DNA of 64,000 bases from Candidatus Micrarchaeota archaeon (GTDB lineage Archaea; Micrarchaeota; Micrarchaeia; Anstonellales; Bilamarchaeaceae). The position numbers and the translations under genes were made by a program. A model generated the notes under the pieces. It searched no databases. It saw only the letters and a list, made by a program, of their open reading frames with translations, and was not told where the DNA came from. Shown here in pieces: positions 23,758 to 37,470 of this stretch (position 1 is the first letter of the stretch; each line of letters opens with the position of its first letter). The stretch covers positions 26,758 to 90,757 of the forward strand of contig JACRGB010000010.1 of NCBI GenBank assembly GCA_016212505.1, read 5' to 3'.

Positions 23758-26010
23758 ATGCGCCTGATTATTGCACTAGTGGTTTTGATACTGATTTTTG
23801 GATGCGTAGAGCAGAAAACCATTCCGGGAACTGCCAGCGAAAGGATAACAAACATACAAAGCCAGGATCTAGAAGGTGATGGCAACTTTAGCTATGCTAT
23901 TTATGATTTTGCACCGGTCCAGATTTCCGGGACCACTCTTACTTCGCAGAGGGAGTTATTTGCTATCGCAAATAAGCAATATGCCTATGCCAAGGTCAAG
24001 GAGAATATCAGTGACGAGGACTACAATAAGCTGCAAAAGGTTTTCCAGGATTTTGAAAGGCAGCGCACTGCAGCAGAATTCGAATGCAGCAAGAGCCTGG
24101 GGCTTCAGGGAGTAGTGTGCATAGACGCACCAACCTGCAGCAGGCTCTGCTCAGGAAGCACTCCAAGCTGCAAGGAAATGGCCAATAATTACGAGGAAGC
24201 GCTTGGTAACTCAATAAGGGATTATGTCCAGGTGGACAATGAAATAAAGAGCGTCTCAACTGACCTTAGCATCCTGGTACAGACAATACAGAACGGCGAG
24301 CAGTCAAGGCAATACCTGGAAAAAGCGCAAACTTTAGCAAAAGACATTGCAGAGCTGAATGCAAACCCAATATACAGCGGAAATGAGTTTGGGTTATGTT
24401 CATCATCAGATTTCGGAGTCCCTTCCCTCCTGCAGGGCGCAAAGGCACTTGGCAATTATAGTTTGGCCGGCACCACCTACCATTACCGGGTAATTATTAC
24501 ACTAAAATCAAACGGAGGAACAGGATCATTAGGGGGTAGCCAGCAAGGGGCACAAGAAGTGCTTGGCCTAAACCTGTATGATAAGATAGCCAAGGCATTG
24601 GATGCAAAAGGGATTTCATCAAAATCAGAAATAAAGACAACTACAGAAGGCAATGATGTTGTTGTTAGGTGGAGTACCAAAAAGCCTTCCAAAAACTACA
24701 TGCTCATATACGAGTTTGATTCGAGCCAGGACCCGGAAAAAATCGCAAATTCAATGAAAAGCCCGTCGGTCGAAATAAGCACGATAAATGCGAGCTTTGT
24801 TGGGGCACTTTTACTTGCACTAAATAACTTGGTCAAAAACTACTACATCGCCCTTGGCCTTACAATCGGCCTGCTCATGATATTCTTATTGTTTGTTTAT
24901 GCCATAGCAACCATAGTCATTAGCATAGTTGGTGAAAAATCGCGGGGGGGCAATGCATCAGCAGGAATACGGAAAGCGCTCGCAAAGGCAAATTCCAAAT
25001 GGTTTGGTGATTTTGGGATAGGCATATTATTTTTGATAATTGGTTTTGCGCTTTCTTCATTTTGGGTAGAGCAGCCAACCAGCCCGCCAGGAATAAACGA
25101 AATACCCACGTTCCTGCTTTCCAACAGCACAGCAACAGTGCCAGTCATCCTTGCGCTAGCTGGCATAGTGATGCTGTATATGTCATTGGAGAATTTTGTC
25201 AAAATAACCGTTTCACAGAAAATGTATGGAAGCGTGATCAGGCAGGAAAAAGATAAGTTCGTAAGCAAGGCCGAAGCCCTGAAAGAGAAAATTAATGAAT
25301 TGAAAAAGCTTGTAGAAACAGACCGGCTCGATAATTTCGATGTCAGTAGGGAATACGATATTGTCGCATCGGTTAGCGTTGATAAGATAAGTGAGATGGC
25401 AAAAAGCCCCAACCCGCGGACTAACCTTATGATAGAGCAGGAATTTGCAAGGGTGGAAAATGCCATAATAAGCCTAAATGAAAGGAAAAAAACTGCGGAT
25501 GAAAAATGGCCCGAATGGAAAGTTGTGCTTGGTAAAATGCTCCAGGAACGGAATGAAGTATTTGCAGATTCGCTTCTTTCAATCCCGTCCTCCTTAAGAC
25601 TATGGGCGCTCGAGCGGTATGCAAAAGAAGGCGGGGAAGCATTAACTGTTGAACGAAATGTCCTGAAAAAGAAGCCGCTTACTCCAGATAAGGTACTTGA
25701 GGAAATGATAGAAGCAGAGCTGATAAGAGGCGCGGTGGTCCTAAAGAACGAGAAATTGTTTGCATCTAAATTTGCCGATGGCAGCGGGACGGTAGTAAGT
25801 GCGCTCACGCTGAAACTTAGGAGCTATGCTCAGTCGCTTGCAAGGAACATTGGAGAAGGCAATACTTCAGGATTTGCAGCAATTGGCGAAAAGGTGGTCA
25901 CGCTCTACATTAAAGGAAAAAACACAGAGGCAGTGCTCTTTATTGTTAAGGATAAGTACCGTGAAGCAGTGGAAAAATGGAAGCTGAAAAGTGCTGTTTT
26001 TGAAGGATAA
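23758..26010 (+). CDS. Large membrane protein: lipobox-like N-terminus, Cys-rich extracytoplasmic domain, TM bundle, cytoplasmic coiled-coil domain
   Basis: 750 aa. LILIFGCVEQ; ECSKSLGLQGVVCIDAPTCSRLCSGSTPSC; hydrophobic helices at about aa 345-480; then Lys/Glu-rich helical segments. I recognise no family. Confidence 0.6.
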   Translation: MRLIIALVVLILIFGCVEQKTIPGTASERITNIQSQDLEGDGNFSYAIYDFAPVQISGTTLTSQRELFAIANKQYAYAKVKENISDEDYNKLQKVFQDFERQRTAAEFECSKSLGLQGVVCIDAPTCSRLCSGSTPSCKEMANNYEEALGNSIRDYVQVDNEIKSVSTDLSILVQTIQNGEQSRQYLEKAQTLAKDIAELNANPIYSGNEFGLCSSSDFGVPSLLQGAKALGNYSLAGTTYHYRVIITLKSNGGTGSLGGSQQGAQEVLGLNLYDKIAKALDAKGISSKSEIKTTTEGNDVVVRWSTKKPSKNYMLIYEFDSSQDPEKIANSMKSPSVEISTINASFVGALLLALNNLVKNYYIALGLTIGLLMIFLLFVYAIATIVISIVGEKSRGGNASAGIRKALAKANSKWFGDFGIGILFLIIGFALSSFWVEQPTSPPGINEIPTFLLSNSTATVPVILALAGIVMLYMSLENFVKITVSQKMYGSVIRQEKDKFVSKAEALKEKINELKKLVETDRLDNFDVSREYDIVASVSVDKISEMAKSPNPRTNLMIEQEFARVENAIISLNERKKTADEKWPEWKVVLGKMLQERNEVFADSLLSIPSSLRLWALERYAKEGGEALTVERNVLKKKPLTPDKVLEEMIEAELIRGAVVLKNEKLFASKFADGSGTVVSALTLKLRSYAQSLARNIGEGNTSGFAAIGEKVVTLYIKGKNTEAVLFIVKDKYREAVEKWKLKSAVFEG

Positions 26011-26107
26011 GAATAGATCGAATTCTTACAAAACATACAAAAAAACGATGCTTAATAAAGCCTTTGCGACAATGTAATCTATATCTAATCTATGACGTAA
26101 GTTCTAA

Positions 26108-29323
<3,216 letters not shown>

Positions 29324-29364
29324 TTTAGAGAACGAGTGGATAGAACTGATACGAGTGAAATCTC

Positions 29365-31953
29365 ATGGCTGAAAACATTGTACCGCGAACTATTGAGACT
29401 GACATGAAGGAAAGCTACCTTGACTATGCAATGTCAGTTATAATAGGCCGTGCCATACCAGATATCCGAGATGGACTTAAGCCAGTTCATAGAAGAATAC
29501 TTTATGCAATGTGGGAAACTGGCTTGCGGTCAAATGCTAAATTCAAAAAATGCGCAACAGTTGTTGGTAATGTTTTGGGGCGATATCATCCACATGGTGA
29601 TATGACTGTTTATGATTCGCTAGTACGGATGGCACAAGACTTTTCGTTACGATATACTTTAGTTCATGGTCAAGGAAATTTTGGTAATGTCGACGGTGAT
29701 AATGCTGCCGCCTACCGTTATACCGAATGCAAACTGCAGCCGATAGCAGACAGCATACTCACCGATATTGAAAAGGAAACAGTAGACGAAGTAGATAATT
29801 TCGATGGCACAGTGAAGGAACCGACAGTGCTTCCTTCAAAAATCCCAAACCTTTTGATTAATGGTTCTACAGGAATCGCAGTTGGAATGGCTACGAATAT
29901 TCCTCCACATAATCTGGGTGAAATAATCGATGCTACGGTTGCGATAATCGATGGTGCTGGCGAAGAGGAAGTCCTAAAATTCGTACAGGGCCCGGATTTT
30001 CCAACTGGCGGAACAATTGTTGGCCGGGTAGGAATAATTTCAGCATATAAAACCGGAAGAGGAATCATTGCAGTAAGAGGAAAAAGTAGCAAAGACGAGA
30101 AAAAACATACTATTGTAATTAACGAAATTCCTTATCAAGTTACAAAAACTGCAGTTATTGAATCGATTGTTGAAGCGGTTAAGAATAAGAAAATCGAAGG
30201 AATTTCCGGCATTCATGACCGATCAGACAAAGCAGGAATGGAAATAATTGTTGATGTTAAAAAAAGCTATGATTTAGACCTTGTTTTGAACCAGCTACAT
30301 GCCCACACGCAGTTAGAGGGGACATTTGGGATAATTAACCTGTCAATAGTAGGCAGGCAGCCCAAAATTCTTGGGATATATCAGATGATAAAAGAATTCG
30401 TTGAATTTAGAAAAGAAATTGTCAAACGAAGGTCGCTTTTTGAATTAAAAGAAGCGCAAGCAAGGGCACACATACTCGAAGGACTCAAAAAAGCCCTTGA
30501 AAATATCGATCCAATTGTTGCCTTTTTGAGAGCATCCAAAAACATTGAGGATGCACGCAAAGGACTTATGGCCAATTATGCTTTGAGTGAAATACAAGCA
30601 AACGCAATACTTGATATGCGATTATCTAAATTGATTGCACTTGAGCGGGAGAAAATAGAAAATGAGTATGCCGAACTTGTGAAAAAGATCGCATGGTTAA
30701 AAGATGTGCTCGCCGACCTTGGCAAAGTTCTTGCGATAATAAAAGCAGAACTTCTTGAAGTAAAACAAAAATATTCGGATCCAAGAAGAACTCAGATAAT
30801 CGAAGCGCAAGGAGAAGAAAATATTGAAGCACTTATTCCAAATGATGATGTTGTTATTGTAATTAGTGCACGCGGTTATGTGAAAAGAGTATCACTAAAT
30901 GAATATCGATCACAGCACCGCGGTGGAAAAGGAGTTATTGGAACAGAAACCAAAGAAGAAGACTTTGTTCAAGATGTTATCGTAACCAAGAATCACAATT
31001 CCCTGCTCTTATTTACTGATAAGGGACGTGCGTTTGTAATTAAGGCGTATGTAGTCCCTGAAGGAAGCAGATACGCAACCGGCAGAACTCTTGTGAGCTT
31101 GTTGGATCTTAAGGATGAAAAAGTTACTTCATGGATTTCGGTTTCGGACTTTTCAAGCGGCTATCTCTCGATGGTCACCAAAAACGGAATAATCAAACGA
31201 ACCGCACTTGAGAACTTTAGTAATGTTAGAAAAACCGGGATCATTGCAATAACATTAAAAGAAACCAAACAAACCGAAGGTAAAGAAGGTGACGGCAGTA
31301 AAGATGGGGACAGGCTTGTCGAAGTCATCAAGACCGACGGTAAGCAGGATTTGATTATCGCAACCAAAAAAGGCCAGGCGATCAGGTTTAAGGAAGAAGA
31401 TGCACGCGAACTTGGAAGAACTGGCCAGGGAGTAATAGGCATCAGATTCAAGGAAGGCGAGGATGAAGTCGTTGGAATAACTACTACAACCAAATCAAGC
31501 ATACTTACTATTACTGAAAATGGTTTTGGAAAACGAACCCATATTGATGAGTACCGTGCGCAAGGCAGGGGAGGAAGCGGGGTAATTAATATCAAGGTTG
31601 AAGGCCGGAATGGTGATGTTGTCGGAATACGTTCGGTCGATGATAATGATGAAGTGATGGTAATCAGTTCAAAGGGCCAGGCGATCCGGTCCCCGGTTAG
31701 TGGAATATCAGTAATCGGAAGGAATACCCAGGGCGTACGGATCATCAGGTTAGATGAAAAAGAAAAAGTTGCCGGGTTTGCGGTAGTTCCGAAACCTGAA
31801 GCAGTAGTTGCTGCTGCGCAAAATAATGAACAAAAAACAGAAACCGCACAACCGCAAACAGAACAAAAATCAACCGAAGGTCAAAGTGCTGGCACTGAGC
31901 AAAAACCAAATAGCGAACAGAAAACGCCGCCTGAAGCACCTAAGAACGAATAA
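29365..31953 (+). CDS. gyrA: DNA gyrase subunit A
   Basis: Active-site region AAAYRYTE. C-terminal beta-pinwheel repeats. Low-complexity (T/S)EQK-rich tail. Confidence 0.92.
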   Translation: MAENIVPRTIETDMKESYLDYAMSVIIGRAIPDIRDGLKPVHRRILYAMWETGLRSNAKFKKCATVVGNVLGRYHPHGDMTVYDSLVRMAQDFSLRYTLVHGQGNFGNVDGDNAAAYRYTECKLQPIADSILTDIEKETVDEVDNFDGTVKEPTVLPSKIPNLLINGSTGIAVGMATNIPPHNLGEIIDATVAIIDGAGEEEVLKFVQGPDFPTGGTIVGRVGIISAYKTGRGIIAVRGKSSKDEKKHTIVINEIPYQVTKTAVIESIVEAVKNKKIEGISGIHDRSDKAGMEIIVDVKKSYDLDLVLNQLHAHTQLEGTFGIINLSIVGRQPKILGIYQMIKEFVEFRKEIVKRRSLFELKEAQARAHILEGLKKALENIDPIVAFLRASKNIEDARKGLMANYALSEIQANAILDMRLSKLIALEREKIENEYAELVKKIAWLKDVLADLGKVLAIIKAELLEVKQKYSDPRRTQIIEAQGEENIEALIPNDDVVIVISARGYVKRVSLNEYRSQHRGGKGVIGTETKEEDFVQDVIVTKNHNSLLLFTDKGRAFVIKAYVVPEGSRYATGRTLVSLLDLKDEKVTSWISVSDFSSGYLSMVTKNGIIKRTALENFSNVRKTGIIAITLKETKQTEGKEGDGSKDGDRLVEVIKTDGKQDLIIATKKGQAIRFKEEDARELGRTGQGVIGIRFKEGEDEVVGITTTTKSSILTITENGFGKRTHIDEYRAQGRGGSGVINIKVEGRNGDVVGIRSVDDNDEVMVISSKGQAIRSPVSGISVIGRNTQGVRIIRLDEKEKVAGFAVVPKPEAVVAAAQNNEQKTETAQPQTEQKSTEGQSAGTEQKPNSEQKTPPEAPKNE

Positions 31954-32416
31954 AATTATCAACAAGTTCTTGCGCTGCTTTTGCATCTAAAACAAACAGT
32001 CTTTCCAAATGCTCAGAGGCTTCTTCTACTTTATCCATTGCAGAAGAAAAGAGAAACATCAACTTTTCAATTTCGGTTCCACTTTCAGTTGAATAGGGGC
32101 TCAGAAGATCATAGGCTTGTTGTTTTTGGCCCAAGGCAAAATAACATGCACTAAGTAAGGTTGCACAGAAAACAAGGTCTTTCTTGCCATCTGCCATATT
32201 AAATGCCAGCCGCGCCTCATTTTTTGCTTCAGCATATTTTTGAAGCAGGAACAAAGACCGGGCAAGAAGATAATGCGCGGAGGGTTCTTTCGGAAAAACA
32301 GTGACATAATCCTTCGAGGTAGCAAAGGCATTCTGATAGTCGGTATTTTGGAGATAGAGGCCAATCTGCTTTATGTAAGACTCTTTTTTTGTGAATATCA
32401 TTTTTCTTGACCCCAT
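31940..32416 (-). CDS. TPR-repeat protein
   Basis: 158 aa with repeated A/Y/L helical-hairpin patterns (for example [30 protein letters not shown]). Confidence 0.6.
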   Translation of the reverse strand: MGSRKMIFTKKESYIKQIGLYLQNTDYQNAFATSKDYVTVFPKEPSAHYLLARSLFLLQKYAEAKNEARLAFNMADGKKDLVFCATLLSACYFALGQKQQAYDLLSPYSTESGTEIEKLMFLFSSAMDKVEEASEHLERLFVLDAKAAQELVDNFIRS

Positions 32417-32490
32417 AGGAAAACCAATATCGGACAGATAAGAAGTACATTCACAGTAGCAATTTAAGGGTTTTGTAATATGTTTAATTT

Positions 32491-33702
32491 ATGGCAGAGA
32501 CAATGTTAGAAAAAAAGGCAGCGGAGACAACAATCAGGCACGAGCAGCAGAATTTGCAGAAGATGTTAGCGGAAAGGAACATACCTGAGAAATTTGGAAA
32601 GGGGGAAATGCGGGATCTTGCAAAAATCTCGGTTGCCGAGGGCGCTCAGACTGCAATGAAAGCGGCAGTAGCGCTAGTTCATTTGAAGCGTGATGGTGAG
32701 GAAGGGATTAAACGCTTCATTCAAAACCAACCAAGTACCCAGGAGCAGAAGAAAATACTAGATGCACTGGCCAAAACCAGTCATGGTGAGGATCTTGAAG
32801 GAGTAAGAGAACAAATTTTAGGCCGCAATACCAAACCATCAGAAGTGATAAGTGGATGGGCCGCGCAGGACCAAACAAGAAACCAGAATGCCACTGCAAT
32901 GTTTACTGCCTTAACCAAAGAAACCCGCGCAGGGAAAATAGAAGGCCAGCAAATCTTCGATAAGATACCCGAAACTCGGCGAGAACCGACTTTGCAGGCA
33001 TATCGGGAACTTGCAGGATCATTACCTTCACTTGTTGAACGAAATGAGGCATTGGCACTAATGGTCGACATAAAGCAGGGTAAATTTAGGATGACAACGG
33101 ATCCTCAAAACCCCCTGGTAGGGGCATCGACCAGCCAGGAACGGGGAAAATTAAATTCCACTGCTATCTTTACTGCGGTTACGGGAAATAACCAGGGCAC
33201 TGCTGAGAAAATTTACAGTGGCCTTAGTCCGGACGATCAAAAATTAGCGATGCAAGAATTTAAGGAATCTCTAAAAAGAATAGAAACGCCGGAGGTAAGA
33301 GTGGCTGCTGCACTTTTTATTAGGGAAGTAACAGCTCCAAAACTAAGTAAAAAAGAAGAAGCAAAACTCGATAACCAAGCGCGTTTGGAAGCAAGCAAAA
33401 TGTTTAAGGCGATTGCAAAGGGCGGAACAGAGGGTTGGAAAGAAGCCCTGGACAAGTTTAAGGGTGAGAAAGGAGTGGATTTGATCGGGGAACGCATTCT
33501 TAAAAAGTTCGATGGGATGGCTCAAAACTTAGAAGGAGAAAAAGCAGCGGATGCGGCATTGTTCCGGATGCGGGCATCACAAGCCATGCATGGCCAGAAA
33601 TTCGAGGGCTGGACTACAACTTTGCAAAAAGCACAAGAAACAGGATATGCCTCAGCAATAGGAGATATAAGAAAAAAAGAAGACGACCAGCGTCTTGACT
33701 GA
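32491..33702 (+). CDS. Hypothetical helical repeat protein (orphan G)
   Basis: 403 aa with three clear repeats of about 70-85 aa, each starting x-(M/I)F-x-A-(L/V/I) (TAMFTALT, TAIFTAVT, SKMFKAIA) and ending with AAL(F/M)-like helices. Confidence 0.55.
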   Translation: MAETMLEKKAAETTIRHEQQNLQKMLAERNIPEKFGKGEMRDLAKISVAEGAQTAMKAAVALVHLKRDGEEGIKRFIQNQPSTQEQKKILDALAKTSHGEDLEGVREQILGRNTKPSEVISGWAAQDQTRNQNATAMFTALTKETRAGKIEGQQIFDKIPETRREPTLQAYRELAGSLPSLVERNEALALMVDIKQGKFRMTTDPQNPLVGASTSQERGKLNSTAIFTAVTGNNQGTAEKIYSGLSPDDQKLAMQEFKESLKRIETPEVRVAAALFIREVTAPKLSKKEEAKLDNQARLEASKMFKAIAKGGTEGWKEALDKFKGEKGVDLIGERILKKFDGMAQNLEGEKAADAALFRMRASQAMHGQKFEGWTTTLQKAQETGYASAIGDIRKKEDDQRLD

Positions 33703-33704
33703 TT

Positions 33705-34379
33705 ATGTTCCCCAACCGTTACGATGCCGGAAAACAACTTGCACAGAAGCTAACTAAATTTAGGGATAACGGGGCTGGAAACAAAACAATTGTTTTGGCC
33801 ATCCCCCGCGGCGCACTTCAGATTGGTGAAGTGTTCCATAAAGAACTTGGACTTCCTTTAGATATAATCATAACCAAAAAAATTCCTCATCCAAATAACG
33901 AGGAACTTGCAATTGGTGCTGTCGGCTCAATTGGCGGAAAAAGCGAATTTTATATTGATGAGGAAAGTTCCACCGGAGTGCTGCCGCAGTACATAAATGA
34001 ACAAAAAACCCGTTTAGAAAAGCTAATTAGAGAGCGCTATTTGCTTTATCGTGCCAAGAGAACATTTCCAAAAATAAAAGACAAAATCATAATCCTTGTT
34101 GATGATGGGATTGCCACAGGAAGCACAGTAATTGCTGCAATAAAGTTATTGGAAAAACAAAAACCAAAAAAAATAATTGTTGCAACTCCGATTTGTGGAC
34201 TGCGGGCTGCGATGATAATACGGGATTTAGTTGATGAACTTATAACTCTGGAAGAGCCTGCTGAATTTTATGCAATTGGCCAGTTTTATGAGGATTTCCC
34301 GCAGGTGGAAGATGAGGAAGCGATAGACATTTTGAGAAAATGCAGCAAAAACGGAATAGGAAACCGGAAACCTATTTAA
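33705..34379 (+). CDS. Type I phosphoribosyltransferase-family protein
   Basis: PRPP-binding loop IIILVDDGIATGSTVIAA. 224 aa. Confidence 0.78.
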   Translation: MFPNRYDAGKQLAQKLTKFRDNGAGNKTIVLAIPRGALQIGEVFHKELGLPLDIIITKKIPHPNNEELAIGAVGSIGGKSEFYIDEESSTGVLPQYINEQKTRLEKLIRERYLLYRAKRTFPKIKDKIIILVDDGIATGSTVIAAIKLLEKQKPKKIIVATPICGLRAAMIIRDLVDELITLEEPAEFYAIGQFYEDFPQVEDEEAIDILRKCSKNGIGNRKPI

Positions 34380-34402
34380 ATGTTCTATATATAGAACTTT
34401 TA

Positions 34403-34795
34403 ATGAAAAATAAAACCATTGAAGAGTATTGTCGCCTCATCGATAAATTAGATCAGGGAGAAGGAGTCCGATCTGCTTTGATAGCCAATAACTTAAAACT
34501 ATCCAAAAATACGGTTGCGCTTACCCTTCAGAAACTGGCAAATGAGAAATTTATTGAGATGAAACGCTACGGAAAAGTTAGATTAACTGCCAAAGGAAAC
34601 AAAATTGCAAAAAACATGAATTTCAAACACAGGGTCCTTGAAGCATTCTTCTTTAGCAAATTAAAAATGGATAAAATGCAAGTGCATAGAGAAGCTGATG
34701 CAATAGAACACTGGGCAAGTGATGAGATGGTAAACAAACTTTACCGATTTATTGGAAAACCGAAAACAGACCCGCACGGAAAGGAGATAAGATGA
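34403..34795 (+). CDS. DtxR/MntR-family metal-dependent transcriptional repressor (DNA-binding plus dimerisation core)
   Basis: EEYCRLIDKL...GVRSALIANNLKLSKNTVALTLQKLANEKFIE...KHRVLEAFF. Start moved to ATG 34403 (the ORF track start at 34340 overlaps the upstream gene). Confidence 0.8.
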   Translation: MKNKTIEEYCRLIDKLDQGEGVRSALIANNLKLSKNTVALTLQKLANEKFIEMKRYGKVRLTAKGNKIAKNMNFKHRVLEAFFFSKLKMDKMQVHREADAIEHWASDEMVNKLYRFIGKPKTDPHGKEIR

Positions 34796-35901
34796 TCGAT
34801 AAGAACTACATCATTGGAATTATTGTCGTACTTTTAATCGGAACGATAATGGTACTTGTTACTGCTCCATCAGAAGAAAAAGAACAAGTAAAAAGTAATG
34901 TGACCTCTCATTTAGGAGTGCAGGGGGAATATCTAACAAATGATTTTGATCCGATAACTTATCTGAAGAGCTGGAATTTCAACAACTTTCCAGATTCTGA
35001 GCGAGCAAAATATTACAAGGAAACAGAACTTGAAAATGGAACGAAGCTAAGGGAATATTGGTTTTATGCACGTGATAGTAAAATAGAGATCGCACCAGGG
35101 GTCTTTTATGATGCCTGGACATATAATGGGCAGGTACCAGCACCGACAATAAGAGCAACTGAAGGGGACAGTATCAGGATACATTTCAAAAACCAAGGAT
35201 CCAAACCACATACTATGCATTTCCATGGATTTCATGAAGCAGCTATGGATGGATCAATGCCGGATCAATTTGTCAATCCTGGCGAAAGTTTTGTTTATGA
35301 GTTTACTGCTGATCCCTATGGGGTTCAGTTATACCATTGTCATTCCACTCCACTAAAGGAGCACATAGCCAAAGGACTTTATGGAATGTATATTGTTGAT
35401 CCAAAAGGCGGGCGCGAGCCTGCTAATGAAATGATCATGCTCATGAACGCTTTTGATACTGATTATGATGGCGAAAATGAAGTTTATGCAGTAAATACAC
35501 GGGCATTCTATTACAATACGCATCCGATAAAAGTAAAAAAAGGGGAATTGGTCCGCATGTATATTGGAAATATGGTTGAAAACGACCCTATTAATTCGAT
35601 ACACACACATGCAAATTTCTTCAATGAATTTAAGACTGGCACTAAAATGCAGCCAGATTCTTTTACAGATATAATAGAGCTGGGCCAGGGAGAACGATCG
35701 ATTCTTGAAATGAGATTCAATAATAGTGGAACGTATATGTTCCATGCACATCAGACTGAATTTTCTGAACTTGGATGGATGGGCATGTTCGATGTTCAGG
35801 ATGCTCCTGAACAGCTTGGGAACGGTAGTTTTCGGGATGTTGAAAAAGCTGGATCTTCAGGCCAAGCCGGAAACACAGATTCAACAGGGATGCAAAAATG
35901 A
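34792..35901 (+). CDS. Two-domain multicopper oxidase / NirK-like copper protein, membrane anchored
   Basis: N-terminal TM helix. Copper-ligand motifs HTMHFHGFH, LYHCHSTPLKEH...GLYGM, HTHANFF, HAHQTEF. ATGA overlap with the dtxR-like stop. Confidence 0.75.
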   Translation: MIDKNYIIGIIVVLLIGTIMVLVTAPSEEKEQVKSNVTSHLGVQGEYLTNDFDPITYLKSWNFNNFPDSERAKYYKETELENGTKLREYWFYARDSKIEIAPGVFYDAWTYNGQVPAPTIRATEGDSIRIHFKNQGSKPHTMHFHGFHEAAMDGSMPDQFVNPGESFVYEFTADPYGVQLYHCHSTPLKEHIAKGLYGMYIVDPKGGREPANEMIMLMNAFDTDYDGENEVYAVNTRAFYYNTHPIKVKKGELVRMYIGNMVENDPINSIHTHANFFNEFKTGTKMQPDSFTDIIELGQGERSILEMRFNNSGTYMFHAHQTEFSELGWMGMFDVQDAPEQLGNGSFRDVEKAGSSGQAGNTDSTGMQK

Positions 35902-37064
35902 AACTACACGACTTATTTTATGGAATATTGCCAGTCGTGCTTCTAGCTGGCCTAATTTGGGTATTTCTAGCTTTTGGCCCATTAGGACTTTTAAAAACCG
36001 GATTTCCACCTGTTGAAAGCATTTCTTTCGAAAAATTAACGCTCGGAAAAGATGTAATAATGGTTGAAATAATAAACGATGGACCTGATCCGGTTACAAT
36101 TTCGCAGGTCATTGTCAATGATGCATATAATAAATTTGAAATTAGCCAAAAAACACTAAATCATCTTGAAAAAGCAAGCATAAGAATTGAATATCCATGG
36201 TCAGAAGGACTTCCACTTAAAGTAACGCTTCTTACTGAAGATGGACTACGGTTTGAAAAAGAGATAGCAGTAGCAATAGAAACTCCGGCATTCAATTTTA
36301 CATATGTCACTACTTTTGCACTTCTTGGAATCTACGTTGGCGTTATGCCAGTATTTCTAGGACTTTTATGGCTGCCATTTCTCCGAACTTTAAGTAGAAA
36401 ATGGTATGATTTTTTTCTCTCGTTAACTGTGGGGTTATTGGTTTTCCTTGCAGTGGATGCTTTTGGAGGTGCGCTAGAGCTTTCTGGTGAAGTTGCTATT
36501 GCATTCCAGGGAGTTGCGCTTATTGTAATTGGTTTTTTCCTTTCGCTCTTTACTCTTACTGCAATAAGCGAGAGGGGATCTATAGATGTAACTAAAAAGG
36601 GAGTTGTAGGGCATGCCCTTCGATTGTCATATATGATCGCACTTGGGATTGGAATCCATAACCTTGGAGAAGGCCTTGCAATAGGCAGTGCATATTCTAT
36701 TGGAGAAATTGCACTTGGATCACTTTTAGTTATTGGTTTTATGATGCATAATTTGACTGAAGGGATAGCCATAGTAGCACCTATTGCCAGAGAAAAAGAA
36801 GGTGAAATAAAACACCTAATACAGTTGGGGCTGATTGCTGGAGGCCCAACAATAATTGGTGCATGGGTCGGAGGATTTGCTTTTTCTAATCTCTCAGCAT
36901 TATTCTTCCTTGCAGTAGGAGCAGGTGCCATACTGCACGTAGTAATTGAAATCACAAAGCACATGAAAAAGGAAAGTAGCCAAACAATATTTACATTTAC
37001 AAATATACTCGGTTTTTTCATAGGACTTTTGATAATGTACGTTACGGGATTATTTGTATTTTAA
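35898..37064 (+). CDS. ZIP-family divalent metal transporter with extra N-terminal domain
   Basis: HNLGEGLAIGSA and HNLTEGIAIV signature helices. An approx. 130-aa N-terminal extension. 4-nt overlap with the upstream gene. Confidence 0.8.
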   Translation: MKLHDLFYGILPVVLLAGLIWVFLAFGPLGLLKTGFPPVESISFEKLTLGKDVIMVEIINDGPDPVTISQVIVNDAYNKFEISQKTLNHLEKASIRIEYPWSEGLPLKVTLLTEDGLRFEKEIAVAIETPAFNFTYVTTFALLGIYVGVMPVFLGLLWLPFLRTLSRKWYDFFLSLTVGLLVFLAVDAFGGALELSGEVAIAFQGVALIVIGFFLSLFTLTAISERGSIDVTKKGVVGHALRLSYMIALGIGIHNLGEGLAIGSAYSIGEIALGSLLVIGFMMHNLTEGIAIVAPIAREKEGEIKHLIQLGLIAGGPTIIGAWVGGFAFSNLSALFFLAVGAGAILHVVIEITKHMKKESSQTIFTFTNILGFFIGLLIMYVTGLFVF

Positions 37065-37075
37065 GAGGCTAAACT

Positions 37076-37453
37076 ATGAGAACTGCAATTGTGACAATTG
37101 TTCTTTTGGCGGTTATGATGGCAATAGGATGTGTGCAACAAGGACCGACAGCGCAACAGGGAAACACTGTTGAGATAACTTCATCGGGTTTTAGTCCTCA
37201 AGTACTAAAAATAAAGGCCGGGGAAAGCGTTACTTTTGTCAATAAAGATACGATGCAGCATTGGCCTGCTTCAGGAAAACACCCGACTCATCAGGATTAT
37301 CCGGAGGAAGGGGGATGTATAGGAAGCAAGTTCGATTCTTGTGGCGGAGTCAAAACTAATGAAAGTTTTTCTTTTACATTTACTAAAAAGGGGACTTGGG
37401 AGTACCATGATCATTTGAATTCTGGACTTAGTGGCACAATAATCGTTGAATAA
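37076..37453 (+). CDS. Cupredoxin-fold lipoprotein lacking the canonical Cys ligand
   Basis: Lipobox-like MAIGCVQ. VEITSSGFSPQVLKIKAGESVTFVNKD ... WEYHDHLNSGLSGTIIV. The pattern is cupredoxin_1-like, but with His/Asp where Cys-His is expected. Confidence 0.6.
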   Translation: MRTAIVTIVLLAVMMAIGCVQQGPTAQQGNTVEITSSGFSPQVLKIKAGESVTFVNKDTMQHWPASGKHPTHQDYPEEGGCIGSKFDSCGGVKTNESFSFTFTKKGTWEYHDHLNSGLSGTIIVE

Positions 37454-37470
37454 TTTGGAAATGATAGATT

